A DNA stretch of 64,000 nucleotides from Dehalococcoidia bacterium (GCA_965232435.1 CBDDPU010000004.1:2812423-2876422), one strand, 5' to 3'; numbered from the stretch's first letter, positions 25,102-35,121 are shown. Made by a program: numbers and translations. Notes: generated by a model not told the origin, from the sequence alone.

Positions 25102-26202
25102 ATGGACAGCACGGCCCATCAACGCGGCACACCACTAGACGAATTGGAAACCCCCTGCCTCATCGTCGAAATAGACTCGCTTGAGCACAACTACCGCGTG
25201 GTCTCGGACACTTACCGCAATACCGTGTGCAAGATGCGCCAGCACACCAAGAACATCAAGAGTCCCTTCCTTGCCAAGATGCAGATGGACATCGGCGGCT
25301 CGAACGGCGGCGTCTGCACGGCCAAGGTAGCCGAAGCGGAGATCATGGTTGAAGGCGGAATCACGGACATCCTCATTCCCAATCAAATCGTCACGGATGA
25401 CAAGATCAACCGTGTCTGTGCGCTCGCGAGGCACGGCGACATCAAGCTCTGTGTCGACAGCGTGGAGAACGTTCGGGCCATCTCCGAGGTCGCGACCCGC
25501 AACGGCGTCGACGTCGGCATTCTCATTGAAGTCGACACGTCCATGGGGCGGGCGGGTGTGCGCGGCCCCGAAGCCGGCGTGGAAATCGCACGCGCGGCCC
25601 AGGAATTGCCGGGCGTGGCATTCCGGGGCGTTATGAGCCACCAGAACGTTGGAGAGGCTTACAGCAAAGAAGATCGCTACCTCCGCGGCAAGGAAACCAT
25701 AGACATCTGCTTAAGGGTAAAGGACGCCATCGAGACGGCCGGCATCCCGGTCGAAATCGTCTCCAGCGGCGAAACGTTCTGCTACGACATAGCCGCGAAA
25801 ATCCCCGGCGTTACCGAAGTTGAAGGCGGCACATACGCCCTCATGTCCACGGGATACGGCTACATGAGCGAGTTCCAAATCGCAGGCAAGGTGCTCGGCA
25901 CCGTCGTCAGCGCTCCCCGTCCCGGAGTGGTCATCGGAGACGTGGGAATTCGCTCCATAGCGGGTCCTCAAGGCTTGCTGCCAACGGTCGACGGTCTGCC
26001 CGGAGTCGAAGTCAAGTCGCTCCATGACGACCACATCGTCCTATCCATGGACGACGCAAGCCCCCTCCACGTAGGCGACAAGTTCAAGCTCTTGCCCGGC
26101 CATCAAGACATGCTCGTCAACCGCTGGGACGAATACGTGGCCGTCCGTGACGGCGTCGTCGAAGAAGTATGGGATATTCCCGGTCGCGGCTGCTATCACT
26201 AG
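25102..26202 (+). CDS. D-serine dehydratase / D-threonine aldolase-like PLP enzyme (intact motifs)
   Basis: LETPCLIVEIDSLEHNY, lysine motif RQHTKNIK, C-terminal LPGHQDM and EVWDIPGRG. ATG at 25102 is preceded by GGAGG; the maximal ORF (24868) overlaps the upstream gene. Confidence 0.7.
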   Translation: MDSTAHQRGTPLDELETPCLIVEIDSLEHNYRVVSDTYRNTVCKMRQHTKNIKSPFLAKMQMDIGGSNGGVCTAKVAEAEIMVEGGITDILIPNQIVTDDKINRVCALARHGDIKLCVDSVENVRAISEVATRNGVDVGILIEVDTSMGRAGVRGPEAGVEIARAAQELPGVAFRGVMSHQNVGEAYSKEDRYLRGKETIDICLRVKDAIETAGIPVEIVSSGETFCYDIAAKIPGVTEVEGGTYALMSTGYGYMSEFQIAGKVLGTVVSAPRPGVVIGDVGIRSIAGPQGLLPTVDGLPGVEVKSLHDDHIVLSMDDASPLHVGDKFKLLPGHQDMLVNRWDEYVAVRDGVVEEVWDIPGRGCYH

Positions 26203-26213
26203 GGAGTTGATCG

Positions 26214-26777
26214 GTGAACTGCGCCGCGATTGCCTGGTCGGTTCTCTTGGGTGGGTTGGCCCTCATCCTTACGTCATGCGGCACCGGCGAAGATCCGACT
26301 CTGCTGCCTGAAGAGACCGGGCCGCCCCCGACGATCGAAGGACTCCGAACCCGGGCCGCGGAAGCCACCTTGGCCCTGAACGAGAACCGGTGGCTCGATC
26401 TCTACGAGTTCAAGAGTCCGCGCTCGGTCAGGCCTCGAATTCCATACGGACTCCCCGCCGTGCAGCTATGCACGCAAGAGCAGTTCATCTTCGACTTGGG
26501 CGACAAGCTCGCAAGGATCAGGGCATTGGCCGAACTCTACCGCGAAGAGAAGCTCATCTGGGAAATCGTGGACGTCTCGACTGCAGAAGATGACACCCGC
26601 GTCGGCGTCGTGCGGCTGAACATTTACCATGAGGGCGAGCTTGTGACCGATGACTTCCACGACTACTTGGGCGAAGTGGAGGAAGGCGCGCGGTGGGTCT
26701 ACCTCGACGGCGAATGGTGGATGGAACCGGTGGACTGGGACGAGGGATGCCACAAAGGCCGGTTCCTCGGCGTCTAG
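26214..26777 (+). CDS. hypothetical lipoprotein
   Basis: Signal peptide with lipobox LTSC. No recognisable domain. Confidence 0.5.
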   Translation: MNCAAIAWSVLLGGLALILTSCGTGEDPTLLPEETGPPPTIEGLRTRAAEATLALNENRWLDLYEFKSPRSVRPRIPYGLPAVQLCTQEQFIFDLGDKLARIRALAELYREEKLIWEIVDVSTAEDDTRVGVVRLNIYHEGELVTDDFHDYLGEVEEGARWVYLDGEWWMEPVDWDEGCHKGRFLGV

Positions 26778-27406
26778 TTAGGGAAAGACCTTCCCATCTT
26801 GCCCCGCAGCCGCTCCTTCAGCATGGCCGACTCCTCGTTTAGCAGCCTCAGGGCCAGCTGAAGCGCATTCGAGATATCGTCCACTTCCAAGACTCCCTGC
26901 TTCCCGATAACCTCCCCACTGAGGCGGGAGCCGACCCAGTAGCGGAGCCGCGCGGCGTCCGTCGGCGGACTCGGCGGGGCGGCCCACTCGCCCCGAAGCG
27001 CCATGAGCATTTTGGAATGTTCCTTCGCGGCCTGTCTAACGTCCGCTATGAGAGTCTCCTGCACATCGAATGAGAGATCGTCCTCCAGAGGGTTCACCTC
27101 GGCGATGATGTACGGCGTCTCCCGGACAATTTCCACTATCCGAAAACGCTGCTCGCCTTCGACGACCATCACCATCCGTCCATCATCGAGGATCCGCACC
27201 TGGTCGATCTTCGCAATCGTGCCCACGGCCTCCGGTGTCGCCAGTTCGCCCACTTCCGCCCCTGAACTGATCAGCACAACCCCAAAACGCCGGTCTCCGT
27301 CGAGGCAGCGACGCATCATCAAACGGTACCTTTCCTCGAAGATATGCAGCGGCAGATGCCCACCGGGAAACAACACCACATTCAAGGGAAACAGAGACAG
27401 ACGCAC
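26774..27406 (-). CDS. LON N-terminal (substrate-binding) domain protein
   Basis: LFPLNVVLFPGGHLPLHIFEERYRLMM...RFGVVLI is the typical stand-alone Lon N-domain start. Confidence 0.75.
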   Translation of the reverse strand: MRLSLFPLNVVLFPGGHLPLHIFEERYRLMMRRCLDGDRRFGVVLISSGAEVGELATPEAVGTIAKIDQVRILDDGRMVMVVEGEQRFRIVEIVRETPYIIAEVNPLEDDLSFDVQETLIADVRQAAKEHSKMLMALRGEWAAPPSPPTDAARLRYWVGSRLSGEVIGKQGVLEVDDISNALQLALRLLNEESAMLKERLRGKMGRSFPN

Positions 27407-27564
27407 GCGCTAGACACCCACGACCGGAAGTTGATCCTAAAAATGATAGACCGTTCCGCACTCACGGTAAAGCCGCGATCTTGGAGAATTCCGCATACCT
27501 CATTGGCAAGCCAAACAACTCGCGAGGCATGGGCTGAATCAAGGCTGTGCCAGACCTCACCGGG

Positions 27565-27586
27565 TTCCGGCGCTCGCGGGAATGAC
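27565..27586 (-). repeat. GTCATTCC-family hairpin repeat (reverse orientation, imperfect)
   Basis: The plus strand reads ttccggcgctcgcgggaatgac; the reverse complement is gtcattcccgcgagcgccggaa. Confidence 0.7.
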
Positions 27587-27730
27587 GGTTTAGCAAGGTG
27601 TCTTTTCACGGGAACCGATAGCCACCGAGACGTGGGGAATCCAAGTGGAGAGCACTCATATCGAGTAGACTGGAGAGTTCGTGTCGGTATTGGTGATTGT
27701 CTTGAAGGTTTGCGTATGCTATAGTCGATT

Positions 27731-28363
27731 GTGCCGTCCAATTCGGACGGACTGTTTGTTTGGAGAGGTGTTGGCATCCCACGAGATTATCGTGTAAATG
27801 AACGGATCCGCATTCCGGAAATCCGTCTGATCGACGAAGCGGGCAAGCAGTTGGGCGTTATGCCCACTCGTCAGGCCCTCATATTCGCACGGGAACGGGG
27901 CCTCGATCTCGTAGAGGTCGCGCCGAGTAGCAGGCCGCCCGTCTGTCGGCTGATGGATTACGGAAAATTCCGTTATGAGGCCACCCGTCGCGAGCGCGAA
28001 GCGCGGAAGGTTCAGCGAAGCAAGAATACCAACGAATTGCGAGAGGTGCGGCTTGAGGGTCGTATCGGCGATCACGATCTCGAGACGAAGATCCGCCAAG
28101 TAAAGCGTCTCCTGGGCGAAGGTTCCAAAGTCCGCGTCTCGGTCCGCTTTCGAGGGCGCGAAATTACCCACCCTGAGATCGGCATGGCCTTGCTCCGACG
28201 AGTCGCTGAAAGTCTCGTCGAGGACGCGGGCATGGAGAAGGCCCCTTCGTTTGAGGGACGGTTTCTCGCCATGATCTTGGCCCCCGCAGGGGGCGGCGGG
28301 AAGAGTTCTAAACAACGAGAAGCTCAATCACAGCAGACGGAAAAGGAGAAGACGCGTGCCTAA
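27731..28363 (+). CDS. infC: translation initiation factor IF-3
   Basis: RIPEIRLIDEAGKQLGVMPTRQALIFARERGLDLVEVAP...PVCRLMDYGKFRYE. The start is ambiguous: GTG at 27731, or a non-canonical ATC at 27776 preceded by GGAGAGG 7 nt upstream. Confidence 0.9.
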   Translation: MPSNSDGLFVWRGVGIPRDYRVNERIRIPEIRLIDEAGKQLGVMPTRQALIFARERGLDLVEVAPSSRPPVCRLMDYGKFRYEATRREREARKVQRSKNTNELREVRLEGRIGDHDLETKIRQVKRLLGEGSKVRVSVRFRGREITHPEIGMALLRRVAESLVEDAGMEKAPSFEGRFLAMILAPAGGGGKSSKQREAQSQQTEKEKTRA

Positions 28364-28562
28364 GCTCAAGACCCACAAGGGAGCAGCCGCGCGGTTCAGA
28401 TTTACCAAGACCGGCAAGGTGCTCCGCATGAAAGGACGGCACGGCCACTTTCGCCGCCGGAAGCCCAAGCGCGTCAAGCGACAGATGCGGCAAACCCTTC
28501 CCGGAAGCTCCGCGGACGCCAAGAACCTGCGCAGCGTGCTGCCCTACGGCTCCACCAAGTAG
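28356..28562 (+). CDS. rpmI: 50S ribosomal protein L35
   Basis: (M)PKLKTHKGAAARFRFTKTGKV..., GTG start, AAGGAG RBS, 8-nt overlap with infC. Confidence 0.9.
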   Translation: MPKLKTHKGAAARFRFTKTGKVLRMKGRHGHFRRRKPKRVKRQMRQTLPGSSADAKNLRSVLPYGSTK

Positions 28563-28577
28563 AACGAGGATCATAAC

Positions 28578-28949
28578 GTGACACGAGTCAAACGAGGATA
28601 CATAAGACGGCGGCGGCACAAGAAGATCGTGCGCATGGCGTCGGGCCACCAGAGCGGCCGTTCCCGCGTGTTCAAGCAGGCGAACGAGTCAGTCATGCAC
28701 GCGCTGAGATACGCATACTTCCACCGGCGCGAAAAGAAGGGCGACATGCGCCGTCTTTGGAACATTCGCATCAATGCAGCCGCCCGCGCAAACGGTCTGT
28801 CATACAGCAAGCTCATTCACGGGCTGAAGTTGGCGGGAGTCGATGTCAACCGCAAGATGCTCGCCGAGCTCGGCGCGAACGACCCGGAGGCCTTCGCCGC
28901 TATCGCCGAAACGGCTAAAGCTCATCTGCCCTCTCAATCGGCCGCCTAA
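28578..28949 (+). CDS. rplT: 50S ribosomal protein L20
   Basis: TRVKRGYIRRRRHKKIVRMASGHQSGRSRVFKQANESVMHALRYAYFHRREKK. Confidence 0.9.
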   Translation: MTRVKRGYIRRRRHKKIVRMASGHQSGRSRVFKQANESVMHALRYAYFHRREKKGDMRRLWNIRINAAARANGLSYSKLIHGLKLAGVDVNRKMLAELGANDPEAFAAIAETAKAHLPSQSAA

Positions 28950-28991
28950 ACTGTCCGGCCATTACCGCTCCCTCGCCTCAAGAACCGGCTT

Positions 28992-29696
28992 CTATTCATC
29001 CTCCCGCAACAGGGCCCGAACGTCGGCCGCGACGTCCTCCGGGGCGATCGGCAGCGTGTGGAGAACTCGTATCCTCCCCTGCTTGTCGATGAGATAGACC
29101 GGGGCCTGGTGAGTTACCGTATATCGCGAGGCGATATCACGCCTCAGCGCATCGACGCCGCGGACCCGGTCGACTTTCCACTCCTGCGGCGCTTCCCCGA
29201 CACGGGCCTCCTCATCGACGGCGGCGGCCACGTAATATGATTCCCACACCGGCCTCAACTCCTCCTCACTACCGACGAGGTACGCCCACTTGTCGTGCAT
29301 CTCCCAGGCTTCGGAATACTCCCTCGCCCGGGCGACCGTGTCCCGCTCCGGGTCCACGCTCACCACGACGATGGACACGTCCCGCGCATCCTCACCCAGC
29401 GCCTCGCTCACACTCCGAACATGGTGGGCGACGATGGGGCAAATATCGGGGCAGTACGTGTACAGGAAGGTGAGAACAACGACCTTCCCTTCGTTGTACT
29501 GATCCAGGGAGCCGGAGTTCCCGAAGTGGTCCGTCAAACGGAATTCTTGCGCCTCTCGCCGATCCTCAATAACGGTGCCGGAAAACGATACCTCCGTGGT
29601 CGAACAGCCGGTGAGAGCAAGGAAAACGATAACGACCATCGCCTGCCACGCTGTGACAACGAAGAGCGATGGTCGCTTGATGTGCTTTCTGAGCAA
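28992..29696 (-). CDS. SCO1/SenC-family copper chaperone (thioredoxin fold) lipoprotein
   Basis: Lipobox LTGC, CxxxC motif YTYCPDICP, last gene of the cox cluster. Confidence 0.8.
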   Translation of the reverse strand: MLRKHIKRPSLFVVTAWQAMVVIVFLALTGCSTTEVSFSGTVIEDRREAQEFRLTDHFGNSGSLDQYNEGKVVVLTFLYTYCPDICPIVAHHVRSVSEALGEDARDVSIVVVSVDPERDTVARAREYSEAWEMHDKWAYLVGSEEELRPVWESYYVAAAVDEEARVGEAPQEWKVDRVRGVDALRRDIASRYTVTHQAPVYLIDKQGRIRVLHTLPIAPEDVAADVRALLREDE

Positions 29697-29709
29697 GTCC
29701 GCTCGAAGC

Positions 29710-29925
29710 CTAGCTGCTCATCTTCCGTTCGAGATATGCGGCGACGGCGGGAACGCCGACCACGAGCAGCAGGCCGATGGCGATCACGCCCCATTCCTTC
29801 AGATCGGTGTTCACGTAAACGGTTGTGAATATTACGCCCAGCCCAACCGCAAACAGGCCCACTGAGAACACCGATGCCGCCGGTATCCAGATCGCGTCCC
29901 ACAATCGACGCTTTTCTCTATCCAT
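29710..29925 (-). CDS. small two-helix membrane protein in the cox cluster
   Basis: 71 aa with two hydrophobic helices, tightly packed between ctaG and SCO1. Confidence 0.45.
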   Translation of the reverse strand: MDREKRRLWDAIWIPAASVFSVGLFAVGLGVIFTTVYVNTDLKEWGVIAIGLLLVVGVPAVAAYLERKMSS

Positions 29926-29941
29926 GATGTGATCCTCTCTG

Positions 29942-30817
29942 CTACGCGGTGCTCAGAAGGTTGTCCTCATCGGCCGAGAATTGATGAGGGCTTACTCGCC
30001 GCTTTTCGTCTTTCGTGCGGCGCTCTTCATCACTGTACCATTTGAAGAACGCGATCACGATCAGCGTCAGGAAGAGAAGACTTCCCCCAACCTTCATGAT
30101 GATGCCGCCGATCTGTTGATCGGCCAAGGGTGAAACGGCCCATATCTGCGGAGCCTTCACGTACCATTCATACAGCGGCTGCTTGGAGAACGTAACGAAG
30201 GCGAAGACGAATATTTGCGTTATCGAAAGAGCGAACAGGTAGACCATCTGCAGCGAATACGAGAGGCGCGGCAGTTCCGGCATCGAGCTCGTCAGCGGCC
30301 ACCACATCAAGACGGCCGCCCCGATGAACATCAGGTGCTCGGCAACGTGAACCGCGTGAACCGTAACGGACAGGTTGTACAGGTCCGGAACGTGCCATAG
30401 CGCAAATACCAGATTGAACACGATAACTGCGACGACCGGGCGAGTAGCGAAGCGCCACACGTAAAAGTTCAGGTTGGGCCGGAGCAGTGGACGAATCAGC
30501 CAGTCCGGCGTGCCCAGAATGAGCAGCGGGGGCGCAACCAGCGTCAAAAGCACGTGCTGCGTCATGTGCGCGCTGAAGAGATAGTGGTCCCCGAGAATGT
30601 GAAGCGGAGACAGCAGGGAAAAGAAGATGACCAGAACGCCGGCTGTGAACGTCGCTATTTTCCGAGGGTCTATCTCATCGGCGAGGTTCCAGCGTTCCCG
30701 AAGCGGCCCGACGCCGAACAGATAGGCGCCCTCCAAGAGAGCGAGACCGATCACGACTTCCACGTGGCCGTGCCAATGCGTCCATATGGGGCGGATGGAC
30801 TCTTCCATGTCCTGCAA
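29942..30817 (-). CDS. ctaG: cytochrome c oxidase assembly factor CtaG (caa3 type)
   Basis: 291-aa polytopic protein with a Bacillus-CtaG-like start (IWTHWHGHVEVVIGLALLEGAYL) and His-rich helices. Confidence 0.7.
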   Translation of the reverse strand: MQDMEESIRPIWTHWHGHVEVVIGLALLEGAYLFGVGPLRERWNLADEIDPRKIATFTAGVLVIFFSLLSPLHILGDHYLFSAHMTQHVLLTLVAPPLLILGTPDWLIRPLLRPNLNFYVWRFATRPVVAVIVFNLVFALWHVPDLYNLSVTVHAVHVAEHLMFIGAAVLMWWPLTSSMPELPRLSYSLQMVYLFALSITQIFVFAFVTFSKQPLYEWYVKAPQIWAVSPLADQQIGGIIMKVGGSLLFLTLIVIAFFKWYSDEERRTKDEKRRVSPHQFSADEDNLLSTA

Positions 30818-30841
30818 GCGCCTCCTTGTGAACCGCGCGTC

Positions 30842-31171
30842 TTATGCGAAGAACTGAAATAGCGCCAAGAGCGCCAGGCCGACGCCAAATGCCAGTACCA
30901 AGCCTCCCACAAACAGCCCGGTAAAGAGCTTTGCGTCATAGCGCAAATGCATGTAGAACATCGCCACCAGCGCAAACTTCGCGCCGGACAGGATCACCAA
31001 AATCGGAATGATTCCGTGCTTCAAGCCCTCGAAGTAGAATACGGCAACCTCTATGGCCGTGATCACCGACAGGATCATGGCGACCTTGAAGTAGGTGAAC
31101 GCGGACGGGTGACCCGTCTCCGACGTTGAGTGAGTGTCCTTGTCGTTTAATCCGTGTGCCATTTTCCGCAC
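30842..31171 (-). CDS. ctaF: cytochrome c oxidase subunit IV (prokaryotic CtaF type)
   Basis: Three TM helices with the KFALVAMFYMHLRYD motif. Confidence 0.75.
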   Translation of the reverse strand: MRKMAHGLNDKDTHSTSETGHPSAFTYFKVAMILSVITAIEVAVFYFEGLKHGIIPILVILSGAKFALVAMFYMHLRYDAKLFTGLFVGGLVLAFGVGLALLALFQFFA

Positions 31172-31186
31172 CTTCCGCTGAACCCT

Positions 31187-31921
31187 CTAATCGAACCCGG
31201 GGAACACGCCGAACAGGTATACCACGGTGAATATGATAATCCACACTATGTCCACGAAGTGCCAGTACAGCGCGGCCAAGTCGACTTCTTCGTGATGCTT
31301 CGGCGTGATCCCGCCCTTCCTCAGCGAGAAGAAAAAGATCGACAGAAGCCAAATGACTCCAATCGTCACGTGTCCGCCGTGGAAGCCAGTCAAAGTGAAG
31401 AACGTCGTGCCGAACAAGTTCGTCCTGGGCGTGAGTCCCGCATTCACCTCGACGTGATCGACCGTGCCGTCGCACCGGTCCACGAAGGTCTTCTCGAAGT
31501 CCGTCAACTCTTCGATGTCGAGATTCTTGCAATCAATCTCGATGTGGTGATTGGCGAACTCGTTGAACTCGAACACCTGGAAGCCCAGGAAGGTCGCTCC
31601 CAAAATGCACGTGGAGAGGAGCCAAATTCGAAAGCCCTTCATATTACCGCGAGTTAGCGCGCTGTACGCCAACACCATGCTCATGCTGCTCATCAGCAGC
31701 ACAAACGTGCTCGTCGAGGTCGTCAGAATATCGAAGACGTCCTCGGGGAACGGCCCGACTTGGCTGCTGTTCTTATAGACGAGATACGTCGCTATGAACG
31801 AACCGAAGAACATGCAGTCCGAGCCCAGGAAGGCCCACATGAGGAGCTTCCTGTGGCTGAGACCCGTCGTCGTGTCGTGATCTTCGTGTCCGCCAGGGGG
31901 GGCGACTTCTGCGTTTGCCAC
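31187..31921 (-). CDS. ctaE: cytochrome c oxidase subunit III
   Basis: TGFHGGHVTIGV and YWHFVDIVWIIIF motifs. Contains a ~35-aa Cys-containing loop insertion. Confidence 0.85.
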   Translation of the reverse strand: MANAEVAPPGGHEDHDTTTGLSHRKLLMWAFLGSDCMFFGSFIATYLVYKNSSQVGPFPEDVFDILTTSTSTFVLLMSSMSMVLAYSALTRGNMKGFRIWLLSTCILGATFLGFQVFEFNEFANHHIEIDCKNLDIEELTDFEKTFVDRCDGTVDHVEVNAGLTPRTNLFGTTFFTLTGFHGGHVTIGVIWLLSIFFFSLRKGGITPKHHEEVDLAALYWHFVDIVWIIIFTVVYLFGVFPGFD

Positions 31922-31933
31922 GTAATTCTCCGT

Positions 31934-33814
31934 TTAGTGGTGCTCCGGCGATTCTTCCGGCTCGTTAACCGGTTCCAACGCCCACGCCACGATGCCCACC
32001 ATAGTGATCGCTCCGCCGATGATCGCTAAGACCGGGACGCTCGTAATTCCTGCGATCTCGAAGGTAAACAGCAGGCCATAGGCCCCGATGAACAGGCCGA
32101 TGGACGTTACTAGCGGCCAATACGACGGTTGCGGCAGGTGAATATCGTGCCCGTTGTGCTCGTCCTCCGAGCTCCCCGCCACCGGCACGGCGGGAATTCG
32201 CTCGCGCTTTTGGGCCCACCATGCGTCGCGGTCGAACACTTGGGGGATCTGCACAAAGTTGTAGTGCGGCGGCGGTGAAGAAATCGACCACTCGAGAGTC
32301 CGTCCGTCCCATGGATCGGCGCTTGCCTTCTCACCGTTCCTGGCGCTCTTAATGTAGTTCACGATAAAGATCAGTATCCCGAAGGCCAGGACAAAGGAAC
32401 CGATGGTGGAGAGCATGTTCATGACATCCCATCCCATGTTCTCCGGATACGTGAACACTCGACGGGGCATCCCGTCCATGCCGACGAAGTGCATCGGGAA
32501 GAACGCGAGGTTCATGCCGATAAACATCACCCAGAAATTGAGCTTGCCCAGTCGCTCATCCATGAATCGACCGTATATTTTGGGGAACCAGTAGTAGATG
32601 CCCGCGAACAGCGCGAAAATCGCGCCGCCGAACAGTACGTAGTGAATGTGCGCGACGATGAAGTAGGTGTCCTGCTGCTGGGCGTCCGAAGCCGCCGACG
32701 AGTGCATAACCCCGCTCAGGCCGCCCACGATGAACAGCGCGATGAATCCCACTGAAAACAGCATGGGGGTCTTGAAGTCGATCGAACCGCCCCACATCGT
32801 CCCGATCCAGTTGAATATCTTCACGCCGGTGGGCACCGCGATCGCCATTGTCGTTATTGCGAAGACCGAGTTGGCCACCGGCCCCAAGCCGACTGTGAAC
32901 ATATGGTGGCTCCACACCATCCAGCCCATGAACCCGATGATGATCCCGGACAGCACGATGACGGGGTAGCCGAACAGCGGCTTTTTCGAGAAGGTCGGCA
33001 GTATCTCCGAGACAATCCCCATCGCCGGAAGGATGAGGATGTAAACCTCCGGATGGCCGAAGATCCAAAACAGATGCTGCCAAAGCAGGGGGTTCGCTCC
33101 GGCGCTCGTGACGAAGAAATTCGTCCCGTAGAAACGGTCGAAGAGAAGTTCGATGAGCGCCACCGTGATAACTGGGAACGCCAGAATCAGCAGGAATGCC
33201 GTCACCAGGGTCATCCAGGTAAACAACGGCATTCGCATCAGAGACATGCCAGGGGCGCGCATGTTCAGTATCGTCACGATGAAGTTGAACGCCGCCGCCA
33301 GCGAGGCGATGCCGAGCACCTGCAAGCTAAGAATCCAGAAGTCGATGCCGTGTCCGGGGTTGTATTCAATGCCCGTGATCGGAGAGTAACCGAACCATCC
33401 GGCGTTCGGAGAACCGCCCATGAACCAGCTAAACTTGAGGATCAGCGCCCCGGCCAGGAATGTCCAGTAGCTGAAGGCGTTCAGACGCGGGAAGGCCACG
33501 TCGCGCGCGCCGATCTGCAGCGGAATGATGTAATTGAAGAACGCCGCCCCCATCGGCATCACGCCGAGGAAGATCATGGTTGTGGCGTGCATCGTGAACA
33601 GTTGGTTGTACACCTCGGGGCTTACCAGGTCGGCTTCCGGCGTGGCAAGCTGGGCGCGGATGTACAGCGCCTCGATGCCTCCGGTCAAGAACATGATGAA
33701 GGCCGTAACGCCGTACAAAATACCGATCTTCTTGTGATCGATCGTCGTTATCCAGTCCCAAATCCCCGTCGGGTGAGACGGACGTTTCGGCAGAGGTATC
33801 GCAAGCATAGTCAT
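31934..33814 (-). CDS. ctaD: cytochrome c oxidase subunit I
   Basis: DHKKIGILYG, WFFGHPEVYILILP-type (WIFGHPEVYILILPAMG) and HHMFTVG motifs. 626 aa. Confidence 0.95.
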   Translation of the reverse strand: MTMLAIPLPKRPSHPTGIWDWITTIDHKKIGILYGVTAFIMFLTGGIEALYIRAQLATPEADLVSPEVYNQLFTMHATTMIFLGVMPMGAAFFNYIIPLQIGARDVAFPRLNAFSYWTFLAGALILKFSWFMGGSPNAGWFGYSPITGIEYNPGHGIDFWILSLQVLGIASLAAAFNFIVTILNMRAPGMSLMRMPLFTWMTLVTAFLLILAFPVITVALIELLFDRFYGTNFFVTSAGANPLLWQHLFWIFGHPEVYILILPAMGIVSEILPTFSKKPLFGYPVIVLSGIIIGFMGWMVWSHHMFTVGLGPVANSVFAITTMAIAVPTGVKIFNWIGTMWGGSIDFKTPMLFSVGFIALFIVGGLSGVMHSSAASDAQQQDTYFIVAHIHYVLFGGAIFALFAGIYYWFPKIYGRFMDERLGKLNFWVMFIGMNLAFFPMHFVGMDGMPRRVFTYPENMGWDVMNMLSTIGSFVLAFGILIFIVNYIKSARNGEKASADPWDGRTLEWSISSPPPHYNFVQIPQVFDRDAWWAQKRERIPAVPVAGSSEDEHNGHDIHLPQPSYWPLVTSIGLFIGAYGLLFTFEIAGITSVPVLAIIGGAITMVGIVAWALEPVNEPEESPEHH

Positions 33815-33839
33815 GGGATTTTCCTTGACCTCCGGTCGG

Positions 33840-34913
33840 TCACTGCAAGCCCTGGAGGTATCTCACCAGCGCCGCTACTTGGGATTCGCTCAGTTGCAGC
33901 GTCGGGTCTTTGTATACCTCGCCCTGGGAAGACATGATGTTGCCCGGCTTGACGGAATTCGGGTCTCTAATCCACTCCGTCAAATTCTCCTGAGTATTCT
34001 CACGTATCCCGCCGGCTATGTGAGTCCGGCGTCCCACGTGGGTCAAATCCGGCCCAATTTTCCCCTGAGACCTCGGCGAGCCCTTAACCGTATGACACGA
34101 CCAGCACTGCGCCTGCGGCCCCTCGAAAATCGCCTGTCCCTGTCTGGCCAGCGGGTCCGTAGGCTCAACGGCATCCGCCCGCTCGGAAGCCAGCCATGCG
34201 TCGAACTCTTCGCGAGTCTCCACGATCACCCAAAAGCGCATCAGCGCGTGAGATTCACCGCAGAACTCCGCGCACTGGGCATAGAATGTCCCCGTCTCTT
34301 CGCCCTTGATCCACATCGTGTTGCGGTTGTTGGGAATAAGGTCCACCTTGCCCGCGATTTTCGGAATCCAGAAGCTGTGCAGGACGTCACGTGAGTCCAA
34401 GGTTATATTGACAACCTCGTTTACGGGGATGTGCAGTTCATTGGCCGTGATCAGGGTGTTGTCCGGATCGTCCGGATCGGGATAATTGAATTCCCACCAC
34501 CACTGCTCACCGACCACGCCGACCTGGAGCGCGCCCTCCGGATCGGGCGAATTCGCGTTGTCGAATATCGTCAGCACCGTGGGGACCGCGACGACCACCA
34601 AGACAATGGAAGGGATGATCGTCCAGCCAATTTCCAACGGCGTGTTGCCGTGGGTCTGCGGAGGGTCGCCGTCACCGGGCTTGCGTCGATACCGAAACGC
34701 GGCGTACACGAGAATGCCCTCGACCACCACGAAAACGAAGACCGCCGCCCAGAAGATGACCCAGAATAACGTGAGCTGCGACCGCGCGACCGGGCCCGTA
34801 GCGTCAAACGTGGACTGCGGATTGTCGGGGTAACAGGCTGTGAGGAGAATGCCGAAAAAGACTAACAGGAGAACGGTAATCAGCTTCCCGTTTGGCGCCT
34901 TTAGCATTGACAT
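33840..34913 (-). CDS. ctaC: cytochrome c oxidase subunit II with C-terminal cytochrome c domain (caa3 type)
   Basis: Lipobox LLTAC, CuA site HSFWIP...CAEFCGESHALM, heme c motif CWSCH. Confidence 0.9.
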   Translation of the reverse strand: MSMLKAPNGKLITVLLLVFFGILLTACYPDNPQSTFDATGPVARSQLTLFWVIFWAAVFVFVVVEGILVYAAFRYRRKPGDGDPPQTHGNTPLEIGWTIIPSIVLVVVAVPTVLTIFDNANSPDPEGALQVGVVGEQWWWEFNYPDPDDPDNTLITANELHIPVNEVVNITLDSRDVLHSFWIPKIAGKVDLIPNNRNTMWIKGEETGTFYAQCAEFCGESHALMRFWVIVETREEFDAWLASERADAVEPTDPLARQGQAIFEGPQAQCWSCHTVKGSPRSQGKIGPDLTHVGRRTHIAGGIRENTQENLTEWIRDPNSVKPGNIMSSQGEVYKDPTLQLSESQVAALVRYLQGLQ

Positions 34914-35121
34914 TGTGTTGGCTGTCTTCTCCTACCGCCCGATATCGGACAAAGCCCAAGCTAGGGACAATCTATCAAAGGGCTGATATGCAGTCAAGGG
35001 ATTCTCCGAACCGGTGGTTGTTTTGTCTCGGTGAGATGCACAATTCGCTCCCCGTGGATGCACACCCCGCACCGGCGCGAGTAATGACGAAAGAGGGGCG
35101 CCAAAAGCTGCTGCTCCGTCA

